Shown in pieces: positions 60,849 to 64,000 of a stretch of 64,000 bases of DNA (its first letter is position 1; each line of letters opens with the position of its first letter). The notes below the pieces were generated by a model. The model was not told the DNA's origin. It was given only the letters and a program-made list of their open reading frames with translations, and made no database searches. A program made the translations under genes and the position numbers. The DNA comes from an uncultured archaeon (GTDB taxonomy: Archaea; Asgardarchaeota; Lokiarchaeia; Sigyniarchaeales; SOKP01): positions 9,509-73,508 of the forward strand of contig CAYUTF010000005.1 of NCBI GenBank assembly GCA_964447495.1, given 5' to 3'.

Positions 60849-61841
60849 ATGGATTTTTCTAACCTCATAGATAAGTTAATTGATGGCGATACTAGGGCTG
60901 CTGCCCGACTTATTACGTTAGTAGAGAATGATATCCAAGCAGCAGAGAAAATCATTAACTCAATCTATAAATATACGGGAAATGCATATATATTAGGTAT
61001 TACAGGAGCTCCGGGGAGTGGTAAGAGTACTTTTATATCCACGCTTACTAAAAGATTGATAACTCAAGGAAAGAAGATTGGTATTATATGCGTAGATCCA
61101 ACTAGTCCGTTGTCGGGAGGCGCTTTGTTAGGGGACCGTATTCGTATGAAGGAAAATTTCTCCTTGGATAATGTTTTTATTAGAAGTATGGCAAATCGGA
61201 TGCAACTTGGAGGTTTAGCAAGAGCCACTGAGGATACTATTAAAATTTTAGATGCATATGGATGTGATATTATTATTGTTGAGACAGTGGGAGTTGGCCA
61301 ATCAGAAGTAGATATCTTTAAATCAGCTCACACTGTTGTAGTTCTATTAGTTCCTGGATTAGGCGATGATATCCAAGCAATAAAAGCGGGTATAATGGAA
61401 ATTACCGATATCTTTGTCATTAATAAAATGGATTTAGTTGGGGCAGATAAGAAAGTTGCTGATATCACACAGATGTTAGAATTAGGAATGAATTTTAAGT
61501 ATAGCGAAGAAAAGACAGAAACTAATTTTGCAAAGATTAAACAATGGACACCTGAAATAGTTAAAGTAAATTCTAAAACAGGAGAAAACTTTGAGGAGCT
61601 TCTTGGTATTATTGAAAAACATAAAAACTTCTTAAGTTCGTCTGGAATCATAGCTATTTATAAAATAAATCGAATTAAAAACGAAACTTTTCAGATCTTA
61701 AAATATAAGCTGACCAAAAAGGTAGAAAAACTCCTAAGTACTAATTCGCTTATTGAGGATTATATCAAACTAGTTATGGATAAAAGCCTTGATCCTTATT
61801 CTATGGCTAACTTGATTATACAATTATTGGGAATGGAATAA
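60849..61841 (+). CDS. meaB: Mutase-associated GTPase MeaB/ArgK
   Basis: GITGAPGSGKST, VDPTSPLSGGALLGDRIRM, ETVGVGQSE, NKMD. Confidence 0.95.
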   Translation: MDFSNLIDKLIDGDTRAAARLITLVENDIQAAEKIINSIYKYTGNAYILGITGAPGSGKSTFISTLTKRLITQGKKIGIICVDPTSPLSGGALLGDRIRMKENFSLDNVFIRSMANRMQLGGLARATEDTIKILDAYGCDIIIVETVGVGQSEVDIFKSAHTVVVLLVPGLGDDIQAIKAGIMEITDIFVINKMDLVGADKKVADITQMLELGMNFKYSEEKTETNFAKIKQWTPEIVKVNSKTGENFEELLGIIEKHKNFLSSSGIIAIYKINRIKNETFQILKYKLTKKVEKLLSTNSLIEDYIKLVMDKSLDPYSMANLIIQLLGME

Positions 61842-62012
61842 ATTTCGTTTATACTTTAAATAATTTTTAAAAATAAATTACAATAACTTAAAAGTTATTG
61901 AAAGAATAAAATAAGATTTATTTATGAATCATATCGATGAAATATTAACAACATTAATATTTTAAATTATAAAATATCATTAAGAATATTTCTCTAAAAA
62001 GGATGGTAAATT

Positions 62013-63740
62013 TTGAATGAAGAAAAAAAATCTTCAAGTTTCTTAACAACAACACTCCTAGTTCTTTTTATAATCACCGTTTTTATTTCACTCTTAGCAT
62101 GGATTACTTATGGTACAATAGAAGGGATTATTGGAATGCTATCTTATATTGTTGTAGGATTATTGAACGTAATACCTTGGTTAATTCCATTTGTCGGAAT
62201 TCCATTAGGCATTTTAGATGTTTTGGATATTTTTGGAATCGGAATGTATGACTTTACCTTAAACTTTGCTCACTTGAATTCAAGTTGGATGTCAATTACA
62301 TGGTTTTGGATAGTTTCTATTATGGGGAGCCTTGTTAACATTTTCATAATGTATCTTATCATTTCATGGATAGCTGGATTAAAATATAGAAAAAAAGAGC
62401 CAAAGAAAGATTTAGCATTAATTAATTGCAATATAATTGATGGAAATAAAGATAGTCGATTAATTGAGGATGGAGTAATCTTGGTTAAGAATATTGTTGA
62501 GAAAGGTAAAGAAGCAGGATTAATAGTAGGAGTTGCTAATGCAAGTGAACTTAATATCCCAGATGGTTATCAAAAAGTAGATTTAAATGGGTGCTATGTA
62601 CTTCCAGGTTTAATTAATGCCCACTGCCATTTAACTGGAAGTGGAAAACCAACGAAATTGATGAAATTAAGCGATAAAAACATGATGCGTTTAGTAAAGT
62701 TTCTCGCAACACCAATAGGAAAAATCATTTTAATGAAACTTATGAAAAAAAATGCGCTAAATGCCTTGAATGCTGGCGTAACAACCCTAAGATCAATGTC
62801 AGATCCATTGTATATTGACTTAAAATTGCGAGATCAGATAAATAAAGGAAAAATCATTGGTCCTAGATTATTATGTGCTGGTAAAGGAATTTGTATTACT
62901 GGTGGGCATGGATGGGCTATGGCGTACGTAGCAGATTCTATAACTGAAATTAGAAAGGCAGTAAGACAAAATCTACGGATGAGAGTCGATCATATTAAAA
63001 TTCTTTCTACTGGCGGGGTTATGGATGCTCGAAAAGTTGGAGAAGCAGGACGTCCCCAGATGACAATCGAAGAAATAGAGACTGCTTGTTTTGAAGCACA
63101 TAGAGGTGGTTTATTAATCGCGACGCATTGTGAATCTACGGAAGGGATAAGAGAAGCTTTACGTGGTGGAGTTGATAGTATAGAACATGCTGCTGAAATT
63201 CCTGATGAGTTAGTACCGTTAATTAAACATAATCCCAAATCTTTAAGAGGATATACAGTAATTGTCCCCACAGTCTCTGCTGGAATGGGTATGGCCGTAT
63301 TGCCGAAGGATGAGACAAAAATTACTCAGGAAAGCTTTGAGAACGCTATTATAATTGAAAAAGGAATGATCTCAGCTTTACAGAAAGCATATAAAGAAAA
63401 TTTAAGGATCTCGTGTGGTACAGATGCTTCAGTACCATATTCATTTCATTATGAACTATGGAAAGAATTAATGTATTATCTTAAATATACTGATATGAAG
63501 GAAAAAGAAGCAATATATATTGCCACCAAAGGGAATGCGGAAAACCTAGGTATAGACGACGTTACTGGTAGTATTGAGGTTGGAAAATTTGCAGATCTAA
63601 TTGTCGTGCCGGGGAATCCTTTAGAAAGAATTGAATATTTAGGAGAAGTATCCAAAGTAATAATAAAAGGACACTTAATTAAAAATCCAAAAGTTAAGAA
63701 AACTAAAAAGATAAAAAAAATTGAACCATTAATAATATAA
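62013..63740 (+). CDS. Amidohydrolase (prolidase-like) with N-terminal membrane domain
   Basis: PGLINAHCH, TGGHG, KILSTGG, ATH, SIEH, GTDA, GSIEVGKFADLI; 3-4 N-terminal TM helices. Confidence 0.88.
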   Translation: MNEEKKSSSFLTTTLLVLFIITVFISLLAWITYGTIEGIIGMLSYIVVGLLNVIPWLIPFVGIPLGILDVLDIFGIGMYDFTLNFAHLNSSWMSITWFWIVSIMGSLVNIFIMYLIISWIAGLKYRKKEPKKDLALINCNIIDGNKDSRLIEDGVILVKNIVEKGKEAGLIVGVANASELNIPDGYQKVDLNGCYVLPGLINAHCHLTGSGKPTKLMKLSDKNMMRLVKFLATPIGKIILMKLMKKNALNALNAGVTTLRSMSDPLYIDLKLRDQINKGKIIGPRLLCAGKGICITGGHGWAMAYVADSITEIRKAVRQNLRMRVDHIKILSTGGVMDARKVGEAGRPQMTIEEIETACFEAHRGGLLIATHCESTEGIREALRGGVDSIEHAAEIPDELVPLIKHNPKSLRGYTVIVPTVSAGMGMAVLPKDETKITQESFENAIIIEKGMISALQKAYKENLRISCGTDASVPYSFHYELWKELMYYLKYTDMKEKEAIYIATKGNAENLGIDDVTGSIEVGKFADLIVVPGNPLERIEYLGEVSKVIIKGHLIKNPKVKKTKKIKKIEPLII

Positions 63741-63773
63741 TTTTTTTTTCATACTTTTCTGTTATACTCTTTT

Positions 63774-64000
63774 TTACCCTACTCCATGCTTTCCCGCATA
63801 ATAAGCACCATAAAGCTGGAGAAAATAGGTTATTGCAGTTATGGCACCATACATAGGTCCTAGGATCCATGTGAGTCCCCACATCAAAATAATACTAATA
63901 TAAAATAATAAGAGAAAGGGAATGAGGATCGAAAACTTTCGTGGATTTCGAAATTCGATTTTTTTGATGTAATCGATTATTAAGGTAAATATAACAAATC
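63774..64000 (-). CDS. 3' end of a membrane protein (partial)
   Basis: Open frame ...FVIFTLIIDYIKKIEFRNPRKFSILIPFLLLFYISIILMWGLTW...GKHGVG*. Confidence 0.6.
   Translation of the reverse strand, partial: FVIFTLIIDYIKKIEFRNPRKFSILIPFLLLFYISIILMWGLTWILGPMYGAITAITYFLQLYGAYYAGKHGVG

Noticed and set aside
1294-63271. Numerous short antisense or overlapping ORFs in the track (e.g. 1294-1563, 8090-8308, 27239-27601, 62990-63271)
   Set aside because: Shadows of well-supported genes, with no motifs of their own

Overview
AT-rich archaeal DNA, very probably Asgard (Lokiarchaeia/Promethearchaeota). Evidence: archaeal-type uL16/L10e, a Loki-type profilin, Rab-, Rag- and MglA-like small GTPases, TPR-longin, HEAT and arrestin-like proteins, and an LVIVD surface protein with a Loki-CTERM-like tail. 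The main feature missed by the ORF track is a selenocysteine-recoded segment at the head of a minus-strand operon. It comprises a 650-aa HdrA (16230-14278) with three in-frame UGA codons and a 148-aa MvhD/VhuD (14288-13842) with two. Each UGA aligns with a Cys of the all-Cys paralogues later in the same operon, and a SECIS-like stem-loop (13788-13857) follows. The operon (hdrA-Sec, mvhD-Sec, frhB, frhB, hdrD-like, hdrA2, mvhD2) looks like an F420-linked bifurcating Hdr complex with no hydrogenase catalytic subunit. A cluster of eukaryotic-signature proteins lies at about 24.5-33.6 kb. It includes an FrhB-family protein that shares a C-terminal beta-rich domain with the arrestin-like protein at 40.7 kb. 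The rest is transport and metabolism, including an acyl-CoA mutase with an isobutyryl-CoA mutase signature, a Rieske oxygenase and a sulfatase. No rRNA, tRNA, CRISPR array or mobile element was seen. All calls come from motif reading by eye; no searches were run.
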